A stretch of DNA of 64,000 nucleotides, taken from assembly GCA_051294905.1 (NCBI GenBank), contig CM119371.1:932001-996000 (forward strand), given 5' to 3'. The stretch comes from Botryllus schlosseri (taxonomy: Eukaryota). The stretch's first letter is position 1. The number at the start of each line of letters is the position of its first letter. The notes under the pieces were generated by a model, which worked only from the letters and a program-made list of their open reading frames with translations, was not told where the DNA came from and did no database searches. The translations under genes were made by a program, and so were the position numbers. Of this stretch, positions 14,736 to 28,714 are shown piece after piece.

Positions 14736-16009
14736 CTGGAATGATGAATGAAATATGAATACAATGTCTGCCAATATTATGTCAAACTAGCAGAGCTTTG
14801 CACAGACTTATTCAGGGCATATTTTGGAAGCTGAGTATGTTCAACATCATTGCGTTCCCCATAATGAAGGCAAACGTCCCTAGGTTTAGAGCCGCGGTCT
14901 TTTACTAATCCATTCAAACGGCTTCAATCAATTCTAGGAATACACCGTACTCTATAATTGATATTACGATTTGATTACAGTAAATGATGGCTAATTTTAA
15001 TCACTTTCGATTTCATTTTTGCGAGCGAGGCGGCCACAGTAGGATCAACTGTAATTTTTAATTGAGCTGCATGTAATTAATTATATTTTTTCATGTTATT
15101 TTAATTGGCATTGAAGCATTTCTATTCTGTGTAATTGTAATTTGATAAAAATTTACTAATTACAATTTCAATTACATTGTTATTGAAACCTGACAATCAC
15201 AACATAAAATATTTAGCCCATTAACATGGGTGTTCTATGCGTACCTCGTTAACTAATTCAGCCATACTAAACTGTTTCCCATAGGCCAACTTCAGCTCCA
15301 ACAGAAAACTTGGTGAATTACAATATAAGCTATTGAACAAAATCTTACTATTTCATAAATGGACGAAAAGCAAATAAACTCTTCTGTAACCTGTGCTGAA
15401 CCATTTCCTACACCACGGTCAGTGTTTTTTTAAATCTCTTTCCAGTACTGAGGTTTGCTGCAGCAATTGCAAAAAGAAATTCAAGTTTTCAACCAAGACT
15501 TCATCACGTTAGATCACACATTTGTAGAGATGTTATCCCAGCCTTACCTCCTATCTTAGCTTAATTTACTGAAACCAGAAACTTTCCGCATCCTAATGTT
15601 CATCAAATGCAGTCGAACAGTTTTGAGCAAGTGAAAATATGTAACTGCGAACCAAAATTTTATAATTGGTAGTTATCGGGAGCTTCTTTGCTTTTGCATT
15701 TATTTTAATTTTACACGCCTTGTCGGTATCATCTCTATTGCCTTACCAATTACATTTCATTCACCTTACTCAGCTCAGAGTATTCGTTTGAGTACATTTC
15801 ATTGACTGTCTTGTACCCTATTCGCTATTACCCGTTGCCAGTCGCTCGAACTTTTGATTGTTAGTAGTCGCTCATAAAAAAAAATTTTTTTTCTATTTTT
15901 CAGTGCTCATGATTGGGAATAGTAATTGGAATTATAATTGTACTTACTTACATGTTTAACAGTAATTGTAATTGTAGTCACGGTTCTGAAGACTACAGTT
16001 ACGATTTTC

Positions 16010-16505
16010 CGATGACTCGACTTGACTCGAGTCATTTTCGCAAGATTCGGAAATAACTCATTGCAACTCTAGTCAATCTGTGTATTGACTCGACTTGGAT
16101 TCGAGTCATTACGCATGACTCGAACCAAGTCATATGACTCGAGACTCAGATGGCCAAGATCGACATTTCATTGTAACTTCAAAGAATAGTAAAGTGACCA
16201 CACTATTGGGATTTCGTCTATTTGTACTGGTACTTAAAATGCGACCAGAAACTGCTACAAATGAGGAAAATTAATATATTAACATGCGAACCATTCGATA
16301 TCAACAAACTGGGTTAGCAAGACTTTAACTGGAAGCTGAGCCGTCGACACAATGACTTGGACTCGAGTCATGGTCATGGACTCCACCCTCTGATCGCTGA
16401 CTTGGACTCGGTCGTGAGTTGAAAATGACTCGACTTGACTCTAGTCAAAACTATGAAAATGAGATTAACTTGTTACTCAGATCCTTGATGACTAGGTTAC
16501 AACTC
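16010..16505. repeat. GACTCGAGTC/TGACTCGAC-rich dispersed element
   Basis: Clustered GACTCGA(C/G) motifs. Related copies at ~32390-32550 and, inverted, ~62550-62712. Confidence 0.65.
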
Positions 16506-19432
16506 TGATCGTAGTTGTAATTTGATATTTTTAGCATAGAGTAATTTTAATCATAATGTAATTAAAACATGCAATAAAGTAATTGTAATTGAATTGAATT
16601 AATGCAATTATTCCAACTCTGGAGGTGGCTCTATATTTTAATTAATACACAGTGTAGGCCTACTAAAGAAAAAATTTCAGTAGCATGAATCTGCTATTAT
16701 TGTTTATGTTTATTTGGAAAAGATTTTGAGCGTACTTCAAGCCTTCAAAATTGTGGACCTAGAGCCATATATTAGAATTTCCTTCCGGACACAACTTTAA
16801 CAGTGAAGTTCCGAACATGTCCGGGAAAATCCGGACGTATGGCAATCGGAATGTAGGCCTATACCTCAATCCACAATCGCGGCAATACACGTTCTACTGT
16901 TCGGGAACATGTCCCATATTCGAAATAACTTGGAAATTTCGGACAATCATCCCTGCGCACTTTTTTCCACAAAAGCAATGTTATTGTGATGCAACGATGC
17001 GTTCAGAATATATCCACACAGCACTGTGATGATCGAAATCAGTGTTTTCGAAGAAAACGAATGTTGAGTAATATTGATAGGCCAAAGTATACCCAGTCTA
17101 GTGGCAAAATGTGCGCAGAGTTTACAGGTTTATGTAAAATGTATAGCTATGTAGTTCTTCATAGGAGCAAAAACGCAATGGGAAACTGTTATATTCAGGT
17201 CACACGGAGAATAACAAGTGACAAAAATATAGTTATGATATCTTTTTTCGCAGCGCTATGTCAGTTTTGGGTCAAACGGTCCCTGCCCCCCAAAGAAACC
17301 TGAAATGGGTTTGAATATTGTTGAACCAAATTCCAACGTCACCGTTTATAGTTAAATCTATCTAATTCCCCACAACGTATAGTCACTACAGTTTTCACAA
17401 CTCCGACTCCATCGCGAGAAAATTAGCCAAACTCCGACTCCGACTTCACAGCCCTGGTTACAACCTTGTCATAATCCCGACTCAAATTATCCCATGATCC
17501 ATGTTATATCGACTTTATTGTGATTATAGACATAGCATGCAACGAACGTAGGCTAACCCCGATGAACAGATTAACACTAAACAGCCAATAAAGTAAACGC
17601 AATTTATATATATCGCATAGTTTTAGTACGCATTGAAATGTTTAATTACAAATTCCAAGCAACTTTTTGCCGTCCGTATATTTCGCCCGTGGCCCGTCAA
17701 ATGCCAAGGTCTGCTCTAAGATAATATACAAGCTTTGAGGGAACCCCTAATTTTCAATCAGTCACTACAACCAAACCAACCACATTACACAATCAGCAGA
17801 TATTTATTACATTACTTACATCGTGTGTCCGGTAAGTTGTGTTTTAGCTAGTTGCGGATTTTCAAAGGTCATTAGTTCTCGTTGGGGTTGCATTTAAAAC
17901 CAACGGTGTTTTAAAAAACATTGTATAAAACATGTTTTAAAGTTAAACAATGTTGTAAACAGAAGTCGTTAGAAATAAAATTGTGTAAAGGTATGCCATA
18001 GGTGCGTAAATACTTTCCAAAAAACATTGTATGAGCCGAAGAGCAATTACGACCCAATATAGCCGACGTATATCGATATTGGATGGTTGGAACTCTAGAA
18101 ATAGGCGGTTCAACAGTAATAGTACATACATTTCGTCAAAGGAACTATATTCATCCTATATTTTCAATTGTCGATCCCGATCCATTACGACGTCACAATT
18201 GAATGTTCGTGAAGTCGTGACTTGAAAAAAAATAAAAAAACATGCTTTAAACAAGGGTTTTGTTTAAATCATGTTAGTTTTGAATTGATTTTTGTTTTAA
18301 CTGCAACGCTAGTTTTAGTTATAGTTCTAGTTGTCGGTTTTGAGAGTGAGTTGTCAGGATAAGTGAACTAATTTTTTTAAACTTCAAAAATGATTATATA
18401 GGTATTATATGTCGATTCTCATGAATGACAAGATCTTGATCCAGCCTTCAAAGCAATATGTCGTTGAAAGCGAACTACGGTTAGATATTGATTGCCTGCA
18501 TGACCGCAATTTGATTTGTCAAATATACAAACTTCACATCAAACTCGATTTAGATTATTGATCGTTTGCTACAGACTAGACATATTTTGCGTAGAATTTC
18601 AAAATTTGACGAATCTCTCGCGGCACCCTCGCGAGACGTGAATGACACAAAAGTGTGCCGCAGCACACCGGTTGTAAACCACTGCCCTAGTCGTTCGTTT
18701 ACTCTTTGAATCCAAACAACTAGGTCGTCTAAATTCACTGTTGCAATTGTTAGGCCACTTGGACCTGTATATTGGATCACATATTTGCTGTGGGTGCGAC
18801 GTTACTAGTTCCCGAACATTCAGAAAACAATCTGGCTATCAGGTTGTGGGATAATTTTCCCCAATAGCAGGGCTCTAATGACAAGAGTCATTACTCGACT
18901 CGAATCACGATCAAGCCAATGTGACGTCTGCTAACGTCATATATTGCGCACAATTTGCCAATTTTTGGCGCCCATCAATTAAATTAGGTCAATCGTCATA
19001 TGATTGACTCTGGATTACCGTAGTTTTTTTTGAGACAGCAGTGGATGTCTATGCTAATCCAATCCAGTATTTAGAGAATCTACGCTTCGAGGTACGGTAT
19101 TAACTTCAGCCATCGCTTTCGGTTCGTGATATTGATGAAAATACTCCTGATACAGGCTATTCATAAATCATGTATGTTCACTGAGCAGGTTGCTACTATA
19201 TCGTTCCCATCGAATATGATTTTGAAAATTGCTACCTTTCCCGCAATAGGCCTAAGCGACGTGAAATTATGACACCAAAGCGATGGCTACGAACAGTGCA
19301 TCGCCGCGAAAAGATGTGAATATTATTGCATCATATCGGAAGAGGATAGACTTCACAATGACATGAATTCCAGATTAAAACATAATATAGTTTTCGTACG
19401 AAAGGAATCATTTAAAAAAAAGTATGACTCAC

Positions 19433-19740
19433 TTGTATTCGATTTACCAGACACCTTGCAATGATGCCCAAAAGCTCGTCGTTGATACTGCAGTTGAATA
19501 AATTCAAAGAACGAAGGCTTTGATTCCTTGCTGCAAGCGATCCAACGATGTGAGCTTCATCGCGATTGAATGAGATCCAAGATGCGTCGATGACGGAAAG
19601 ATCTTTCATCAGATTGTCGTCTCCCGATTCGTAGATTGCTGTATAGAGTTCCATGCGAACGTATCCGTCTCCAGTCTTATCGTGAAGTTGTGAACGGATC
19701 GATTGATATAAAGCTTGTTGCTTCTGTTTTTGATCCGAGA
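19433..19740 (-). CDS. NLR-like gene exon: post-NACHT helical region plus first LRR (ELYTAIYESGD...SLRSLNLFNCSINDELLGIIARCL)
   Basis: Acceptor tgtattgcttcacag|TC (phase 1, matching the NACHT exon), donor CAA|gtgagt (phase 0). Contains the RNI-like LRR LRSLNLFNCSI. Confidence 0.8.
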
Positions 19741-20381
19741 CTGTGAAGCAATACACAATGTCATTGTCGTTGTACCGGTATTCGTAATGTTTGCCTAATC
19801 GTTTACGTAACAATTGAATAATTCACGCGACTGTGATGAGACAGGGTTCAAATGGAGTCATTGAACTTTAATGACTAGTTCACAATAACAAGATCATTTC
19901 ATGCGCATCAATATCGCATGTTCGACTAAGATCGGCTCCAGAATTCATACCTAAGTTTTGGAGGTTTATTTAGGCTCACCCTCCGGAAGCTGTATATTTC
20001 AAAAAGCTTAGAAGTAGGCCGTGCTACAAGTCGGCGGATGCGAAACCAAAAATGCAAAAAATCGGCCTGGTGCAAATGACACCTTTAGTCGACAGACACC
20101 ATAAATACCCGAAAAAAAAATGTCACATAGTGATCATCGATGGGCCCTGGTAGCGCTCACGTTCAATACTCTGCGAACTTATGCAGATATTAGATGTAAA
20201 GGTTTTATTTAGCCGACTGAATGTAAAGACTTATTTACAGCCGTGTATGAATTTAAGATCTTTCGACTATTTCACCCCTTCGATTATGACAATACCATCA
20301 AAGTCGTGATAAACCATAGGCGACCCATAATAATCAATCTGTGCTGCGGCAGAATAGCCGCAGAAAACCATGATTACTCAC

Positions 20382-21926
20382 CGCTGTGAAGATCGTTATT
20401 GGATTTTATGAAAACGATGCCTGTAACGAATCTTCGAACCACAGACCATCGTTTCTCGTGTAGATGTTGGCCATCAAAGCGAGAGAACCTTTCGAGCTCC
20501 ATTTCCGAGATAAAACTAGCCGCCAGAAATTCTTGCATGCTTTGATGACAGAAGAAGAATGTAAAGTCGCCTTCCATCAAGTGACGGCTGAGGATGTTGT
20601 TGCCAGGCACTTTCGTCATCAAATCCTGTACTTCCTCCGTGGATATTCCAAACCGATCCAAATCCACCTTGTAGAATACGACTCGTCCCTCTTTCATGCC
20701 TTCAAACGCCATTTCCTTCAATTTGTGGATAATCGAGAGGATTTGCTTACGGTTTCGGATATTTTCCACACTCCGTAAGATTAACAGGATCTTGCTGTAA
20801 AGTTCTGTCACGGTAGACGGAGGAGGTTTATCTGGATTAATTCCCATCACCACTGCTATCAATATCAGGAAAACCGGGACCGATACAAGTTGTAATAATC
20901 GCGGTGACATGATTTCAATCTTTTTCCAGAGACGCTGCCCGTTCTCACAGAGCAGAAAAGTAAACAGTTTATAAGCGTCTTGCAGTGTGAGACCATTGAG
21001 TGTGATTATTTCTTCTGGACGTGCCTCTGCCGGTAACTCGGAGACTTTGAATTCACGTGACGCCACTATGATTTTGACATGGCGAAGGATTCTGCGTGAT
21101 AGGATGTTGTACATGATGGTTGAGATGCTCGCTTTATCAAAGGTTTTGATATTTCGTATGGTAGACTCCTCAAAGTCCCACTTTACTTGATCAAGCCCGT
21201 CAAAAATGATAAGTGCTTCGGATTGATTCTCGAGCAGCCATTTGAAAGATTCATCCTCTTCATACTCAGTTTCAAACAGACCGCCGAATAGAAATTTGGA
21301 TGCTTTCATACAGTTCTGTTCTTTCATGTTCTTCAATTCGACGTAATGTATCATTTTTTGCTTCGGTTTCGGTTCGGAAGAAGATTGTTTACCTTTTTCA
21401 ATACCAGAAGAACGTCTGAGAGCCATTCGGACAAGTCTACGGAAGAGATTAGATTTCCTTAACGGAACCGTTTCATACTTTTCCTTCTCAGAGGGAATTT
21501 CAAGCGCTTTCCGTGCAATTCTACGCACAAGAGTAGTTTTGCCCGATCCTGCAGAGGCGACAATTGCAGTGTAACCAACTTTATTGTCAGGAGGTAATTT
21601 CTCGGACTTTGACAGCCATTCCATTATCTCTTCTATTGTTATCGGTTTACCGACATTTTCGGATTGACGGTAAAACCCGACTTCCTCTATCAACTGACTT
21701 TTAAAAGCTTTCCTTCTAGATTCAAGAACAGATTCATCATTTGAAGATTTTTGTTCGCGAAGACGACCTTTGTAGTAGTCATCTACATTGAACTTTTTCA
21801 TCTGCGGGAAAACTTCGAAGTCAGGTTCGTGACGAAATTCATTCTTGAAGTCTTCGCGAATGCCATTTGCCGTTTCTTGTCGAGTATGGTCGTTTATAAC
21901 CTTTATCAATTTCCAGTAATCTACGC
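20382..21926 (-). CDS. NACHT NTPase exon of an NLR-like receptor
   Basis: Walker A ASAGSGKTT, Walker B LIIFDGLDQ, sensor IIVASRE, VSVPVFL and winged-helix FFFCHQSMQEFLAA. Acceptor tttttctgcag|GC, donor G|gtgagt, 1545 nt, phase 1-1. Confidence 0.93.
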
Positions 21927-22253
21927 CTGCAGAAAAATAAAATTATTGTAACGTTTATCAAGTATTGCGCACAATTTAAAGAAGTAATTACAATAAAATG
22001 CTAAGAAACTATTGCTGGTATGGTTCTCTTTCGGTTCAGTTTGTTAGCAATTTTTATCAGTTCAATACACCAAGAAATTGCGATACAATGAAAGCATAGG
22101 AACGGGGCCTACAATACTCACCCGATAGAAAGGTGTCGAAACCAATTGGAGTAATCTTTGGAATCAGACACCCACCTCACCTTGGCCTAGGTCAGGCCTG
22201 GCCTACCCTTTCGGCTAAAGGGCCACATGCGATTTACTAAGCATTGCCCACTG

Positions 22254-23900
22254 TAGGGTGGAGTGAAAATGACTTTTTTTTTTCAAATCAAAAAAGGCCT
22301 TCCTCAATCCTGACAAATGACCTACAACTTCAATTAAAAGTGACTTCAGGGTGTTGCCCCCATTTTCCAGCCGGCAACCCCCCAATTTCTGCATGTGGGG
22401 GTTAAAATGGCCCATCTCGGCAACCGCTGGTCGTAGAGTCATGATATATAGCTCAAAATCTGCGGAAGCATCATGTTTCTATCTGTCTTCTGAAGAAAGT
22501 TTTCTCCATTGTGAACACAAAATGAGTTATAGCCAAAAAAACTATATATACGCACATTTTTGTTGAAATTCAGCATTTATTCTGACGAATTGTGATCTGT
22601 CATTAGTTTTTTTTTAAAGTAAAGTAACACAGTGGCAATACCGAATATTGGGCCCATATTACAAATATATTAACAACACAGTCCTTTTAAAATCGGTTCA
22701 AAACATCATAATGAAACACCCACATTTAACGACTTTTATTAAAAATGCATTCTTTTGTCAAGTTTTTTTATCAGTTTACGAGACTTAATTTTTCGGCGAA
22801 TGAGGCCATCTCGTCTTTGAAATCCCGAAACTAGTGCTGATGCTTCTGTTACGAGCTTTACATGTCGTTCCACTTTTTGATTGTGGCATGGATGAAACAA
22901 AATTAGAGGCTTCTCGCGGCATTCTTCTAACTCTGCATCAGTTAAGTGCTCAATCGTTGGAGGAAGTCGTTGATAAGGTTCAATATCAACCAATTCGTGG
23001 TATCCCTTGGCTTTGGGACACAGAATAAGCGAATAGGACCCCAGTTCAATTGGTTGGAACTGCTATGACTTTCAATGTCCACAAGTGAATTTTATTCAGC
23101 GGCATGTTTTCGAAACGCAAGCACCTTGGTCACACCCTTATTTCTTCATTATCATCTACCAGCATTGCAATCATAATATTTTTGGGGTGTGCGGAATAAC
23201 CGTTTCTTATCACTACATTTGGAGCAATTTTTCGAACGTTTCGGTCAGAGAAATTCAAAACCTGTTTAATCAAGTTGAAGATGTTTCTGGGTCCATGTGT
23301 TATATGTTTGTTTCCCTTGATCTCAAACCAAGTTGGAAAATATACTTCAAGGCAAAAACGAACCAGAATCTCCAGGTTTAAAGGCGGTTCATTAACTGTT
23401 ACATAATACCGTAAAACTCTGCACTGCATCCTAAAGTTAGCCATCTTGAATGCGCAACCGGTGGTACAACCTCCAAGTAAGCCAGATCATCATCAGCATT
23501 TCCTTGAATAATTGCCCAGCACATTTATAAGCATATAACTGGTCCTTACTTAAGTCACTAACAATTTCCTATGGGAGCTTTTGAAAGGCCATAAGTGGTG
23601 GCGAGAGCTTTTTGAATTGAGTAACTGGCCAACAAGATACACTTCCACGTAGTTTTTTTCAATTGGGTGTGACCAAGGTGCTGGCGATTCGTAAAACATG
23701 CCGCTGAATAAAATTCACTCCTGGACATTGAGAGTCATAGCGGTTCCACCCAATTGAACTGCGGTCCTGTTCGTTTATTCTGTGTCTCAAAGTTGAACTT
23801 GGAAGCAAAGGTATACCACGAGTTGGTTGATATTGAACCTTATATCAACAACTTTCTCCAGCGATTGAGCACAGGGGGCACTTCTATTTAGAAATAATAT
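22254..23900 (-). pseudogene. Decayed DNA-transposase 3' part with TAGGGTG terminus (hAT-related, probably hATm-like)
   Basis: Fragments VLRYYV...YFPTWFEIK...GPRNIF...RNGYSAHPKNIMIAMLVD (23130-23444) and PCHNQKVERHVKLVTEAS (22739-22993), broken by frameshifts. The terminus TAGGGTGGAGTGAAAATGAC is at 22254. Confidence 0.7.
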
Positions 23901-24417
23901 TTTGGTGTTTTTTTTTCTTCATCGATCTAGAACGGAAATTTCACGCTCTTTCCAAATATGTCCTTATTTTTATGATATTACAACTCCTTCTTATTCAAAA
24001 CTAGTTTTATTTGGGGACCATTTTATAAAAAAAAAGAATTACAGCCCAATTTTTGCTGCAGTCATGTTCATTCTAATCCAACATTCGCGTTTGCTGGTTG
24101 AAATAGCGCCACCTGGCGAAATCTCTCTTGTAGAGCTCGAAATGAGTGTTCTAGCCAGTCTGCCTTCATAAACTTGGCTGCTTCACAGACTCAGTAAACA
24201 GGCGAGGTGAGGCTGTTTTTTTTTCATTTATTTTTTGATTTGTTGACTGATAACTGACCATATTGGGTAGTATTTATTGTATGCTTATAAATAAGGAAGT
24301 GTCTACTCGTCCGGACCCGGACGAATAAAGTTCCTCAGGCTATTCGTCCGGTGTAAGCATGCCGCAACTGCAGAATGGGTGCCGGCGATTTCCGGAACTG
24401 TGGGCCGTAACTGCGGC

Positions 24418-24656
24418 ATGAATTCCGAGAGTAGGTTCGCCTCTTATGAAGACTTAAAAAGTGCTTTGGAGAAATACCAGAAAGAAAATTACGTCCAGCT
24501 CTACAAGAGAGATTCACGTACGCTCGATGCAGTAAGAAAGCGAACCACTCGGCGAAATTTCAATGATGCGCTCAAGTATGGCCAGATATCTTTTCACTGC
24601 ATCCACGGCGGCCGTAGATTTCAGAGCTTATCTAAGGGTCTACGACCTAACCAACG
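24418..24656 (+). CDS. MULE first exon, ZSWIM3-N/FAR1-like DNA-binding domain
   Basis: RFASYEDLKSALEKYQKENYVQLYKRDSRT...LKYGQISFHCIHGG...GLRPNQ, followed by donor gtaagt. Confidence 0.7.
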
Positions 24657-24784
24657 GTAAGTAAGCGTTACGTATGATACGGAATTTCCACCGGGTCCAC
24701 AACCACATGAACATGAAGAAGCAATGTTCCCCATGAGCATTTTGTAGTCTTGGTATCGTGAAATTAGGGTTAAATTAGCCTCAG

Positions 24785-25840
24785 CCTAAACCCCAACCCA
24801 TTCCTATGACACCCCACCACCTCATCTTACGACACCCTAATCCTAACCCACACGTGCTGACACCCCAATCCCTAACCCCACACATGCAACCGCAACCCCT
24901 ATCCTAACCCCGCACACGCAACTGCAACCACACCCCCACCCTAATCCTAACCCCACACATGCAACCTCATCTTACGACACCCTTCTAACCCCACACATGC
25001 AACCGCAACCCGGCCACCCCTATCCTAACCCCGCATACGCAACCCAACACATGCAAACCCCACACATGCAACTGTAACCCCACCACCTCATTTTACGCAT
25101 ACGCAACCCGCACACCCCACCACCTCATCTTACGACACCCTAATCCTAACCCACACGTGCTGACACCCCAATCCCTAACCCCACACATGCAACCGCAACC
25201 GCTATCCTAACCCCGCACACGCAACTGCAACCACACCCCCACCCTAATCCTAACCCCATCTACGACACCCTTCTAACCCCACACATGCAACCGCAACCCT
25301 GCCACCCCTATCCTAACCCCGCATACGCAACCCAACACATGCAACTGTAACCCCACCACCTCATTTTACGCATACGGAACCCCGCACACGCAACTGCAAC
25401 CACACCCCCACCACCCCACCCCACACATGCAACTGCAACCCCACCACCTCATCTTACGACACCCTAATCCTAACCCCACACATGCAACCTCATCTTACGA
25501 CACCCTTCTAACCCCACACATGCAACCGCAACCCTGCCACCCCTATCCTAACCCCGCATACGCAACCCAACACATGCAAACCCCACACATGCAACTGTAA
25601 CCCCACCACCTCATTTTACGCATACGCAACCCCACACGTGCAACCCTGCCACCCCTATCCTAACCCCGCATACGCAACCCCCACACATGCAACTGTAACC
25701 CCATTTTACGCATACGCAACCCCACACATGCAACCTCATCTTACGACACCCTAATCCTAACCCACGCGTGCTGACCCCCCAATCCTAACCCCACACATGC
25801 AACCACAATCCCGCCACCCCAATCCTAACCTAACCTAATG
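24785..25840. repeat. C/A-rich compound minisatellite with telomere-like CCTAACCC motifs
   Basis: Shuffled modules CCCTAATCCTAACCCC, CACACATGCAAC and CCTCATCTTACGACACCC. Confidence 0.9.
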
Positions 25841-28714
25841 TGAATATACTCCACATCAAGAATTACTTCGCATATGATGGATGATATGATGTTCCCAGTG
25901 AAAACACGCTATCAATGCTTGAATATCTTGAAAGCAGCAAATTGTATGCACAGCATTTACTGTCACCTGCAATAAGGAATGTGCGGAAATGCCAGCATGC
26001 ATACCAGATTAACACCCAATGATCATATATACATTGAAAGTTATACACAAATATTTTTCGAACAGTTTGTCGTATGTGTTCGATGACTTTTTCATACCTG
26101 CTTAAGTTGTTCACTCCCTTAATACAGGACCCTCACCGAAGGGAAATATCTACTTGGGCCCATTTAATAGTTACCTAACCAAGAGATCTATCGACTGACC
26201 GATCATTTTGAATGGATTACCATCTGTGAACTGCTGTATGGCAGATTATAAAAAAAATTACCTCATTACCTCTTGTCACCGTAATAACACTCTTGCCATA
26301 CCTAATTACCTCTGATAGTCCTATTAACACTCTTGACCTACCTGATTACCTCTGATAGTCGTATTAACACTGTTGCCCTACTTTGCCCAGACATTGCTTC
26401 ATTCATTTATTCATTTGCCATCATTTAATTTTTCTTCATCTTTTCAGCTACAATTCGTTACAGACGGATGATGCAGAGACAATGTAGGCATATACTCGTT
26501 TCATGGGGTTTTTATCAGACCACTTGACTTCCAAGGCTGTATCGATCTCTCCTATCCGACACCAAATACTGGTATTTTTCTCCTATTAACACTGTTGCCC
26601 TACTTCGCCTAGACATTGCTTCATTCATTCATTTGCTATCATTTAATTTTTCTTCATCTTTTCAACTACGATTTGTTACAGTCAGATGATGCAGAGACAA
26701 TGTAGGCATACTTGTTTCATGCGGGTTTTATCAGACCACTTGACTTCCATGGCTGTATCGATCTCTTCTATCCGACATCAAATACTGTGCATGCACATGT
26801 TTTCTGTATGATCATTGCTGCTGTCCATTTGTTCTGTATTTCTGTTGTATGAAAATAAAGACGCACAGTCTCTCTCAGTTGGTATTCCAATCATTACTGC
26901 ACAGCAACATCAAGTATGAGTACTCGTAGTACAGCAGAGGTGACAATTCCGTCTTAGCTGTGCAAGTTCACGTACAATTGGTTAGGTCAATGGCGCTTGC
27001 ATGAGTTCAGAAATAGGTGGAGACAGCAAGAATTTCAGCGAATCGTTCGTGTTCTGACTGCATCCGGTTATTTAACGATAGCACTTTGGAGCTCTTCGTA
27101 TGGCGCAAACATTCCCTCGGAGCTCCAATTATGAGCTTACAAATCACTATCCTACTTGTTCTCACTACATTAAGCGTAGGTAAACATCTCTTGTAAAGGT
27201 AAAGGTGGGCGTCAAGTTCTGGTACTTTCAACACAGCTATTTGCAATTATTAGTATGGCGTAAACTTTCCCTCGGAGCTATAATTATGAGCATACAAATC
27301 AGTAACAGTAACCATTGAAATCAGTAACCAGAAGGGCGAATAAATAATGTACAAAACCGAAGCCTGTCAAAAACGCATACAGTCTCCATAGTAACGGGCC
27401 TACGTCACACGGTGCCGGACGAATAGCCTGAGAAAATTATTCGTCCGGGTCCGGACGAGTAGCCACTGCCTATAAATAAGTGTTCTAGCATGTATGCTTT
27501 CATATACTTGGCTGCTTCATTTATTCAGTACCAAGGAAATGGTCGAGATGGAGGTTGTGTGTTTTCCTATTTCATCTGTTTTTATTCATTGACTGCTGAC
27601 TGACAATATTGGGTAATATTTATTGTTTCAGGATAACTGTCTTGGATTGGTTTTCATTTCTAGCTCTCAATTTGCCTAGAATGAGTCGATCAAGGAAATT
27701 TAGAGTATAGAAGAATCTTTGAAATGGAAAGATGCATTGGTGGATTCACCAAATCCCAAAATGAGTCATTCGTCGTGACCATAGGGACAAGGTGCCTGAA
27801 GAATAAGTACTTATGAACTATGGCAGTAAAACGTGCTGTAGCTACGTCCGTACTGAACTGGAATATTGGATGTAGTGGGTACTTGAGTGTTCTTGAAAGC
27901 CTAAACTTGCCAGTGAACACTTTCACAAAAATGAAACTGGTTTGAAGGACAAAAAAAGTAAGACTGCATCTCGATGGTCTTTCGCTGTGAAAAATTGAAA
28001 GAGTTCAAGACTCCTAAGACACATCAGACTATGTGCCTGGCGGCTATTAATGCTCAGGTTGTGTTATATATGGTTCAATGTGTGATGCAAATCAACTAAT
28101 ATTGTCATTGATGTCATGATCAGAGTTCTTATCCTTGTTTTTCGAAGTTATTGTGGTTTTATTTTTTCAAACGCGATTTTCTCAAATATACTTTTTCTGC
28201 ACAAAAATTGTATCTCCTCTGCACCTGCTTGTTCGATTCATCTGAAATTTTGTACAAATGATGGTTACGGTATGTATAATAAAATGATTGAGCGTTTTCT
28301 CAAAATTTTGTCCAGAAAAATTTTTACAGAGGAAAGAATTTTGAAAAAAAATGAAAATTTAGGGTTCGCTGACAAAAAATATCATAAATTTTGTTAGAAG
28401 ACCTATTTTTGAAAATCCCTCAATTGTTTTGTAGATATATATATGTACTATTACTACAGAAATATTTGAAGGAAAATCTTGAAAGACCTTTGAGTTTTTA
28501 GGATTTTTAATACGCGTGTTCAATATTTTCATTATTTTTTGAGTAAGTGTACCGGTCGGGTACATGATCATGGTACAACATAAAGACCATATTTGGAAAG
28601 GAAATTTCCTGCCCTTTCCAGCAATGTATGAATCATGGGGCTCGCATCTACCTTTACGAATTTATGACTACGAACGTGAACACCTAAAAAAATCATTTTC
28701 AAATAGAAGTGCCC

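Larger units (their letters stand above)
24295..27470 (+). mobile_element. Mutator-like (MULE) element, internally rearranged
   Basis: TIRs GGAAGTGTCTACTCGTCCGGACCCGGACGAATAA / TTATTCGTCCGGGTCCGGACGAGTAGCCACTGCC, with a 9-bp TSD TATAAATAA at 24286-24294 and 27471-27479. Confidence 0.88.

Noticed and set aside
19823..19825. In-frame TGA suggesting the NLR is a pseudogene if the acceptor at 19831 is used
   Set aside because: A stronger phase-compatible acceptor (tgtattgcttcacag) at 19741 skips it.
22122..22180. Possible micro-exon upstream of the NACHT exon (donor gtgagt at 22116-22121)
   Set aside because: No good polypyrimidine acceptor, so it cannot be supported without transcripts.
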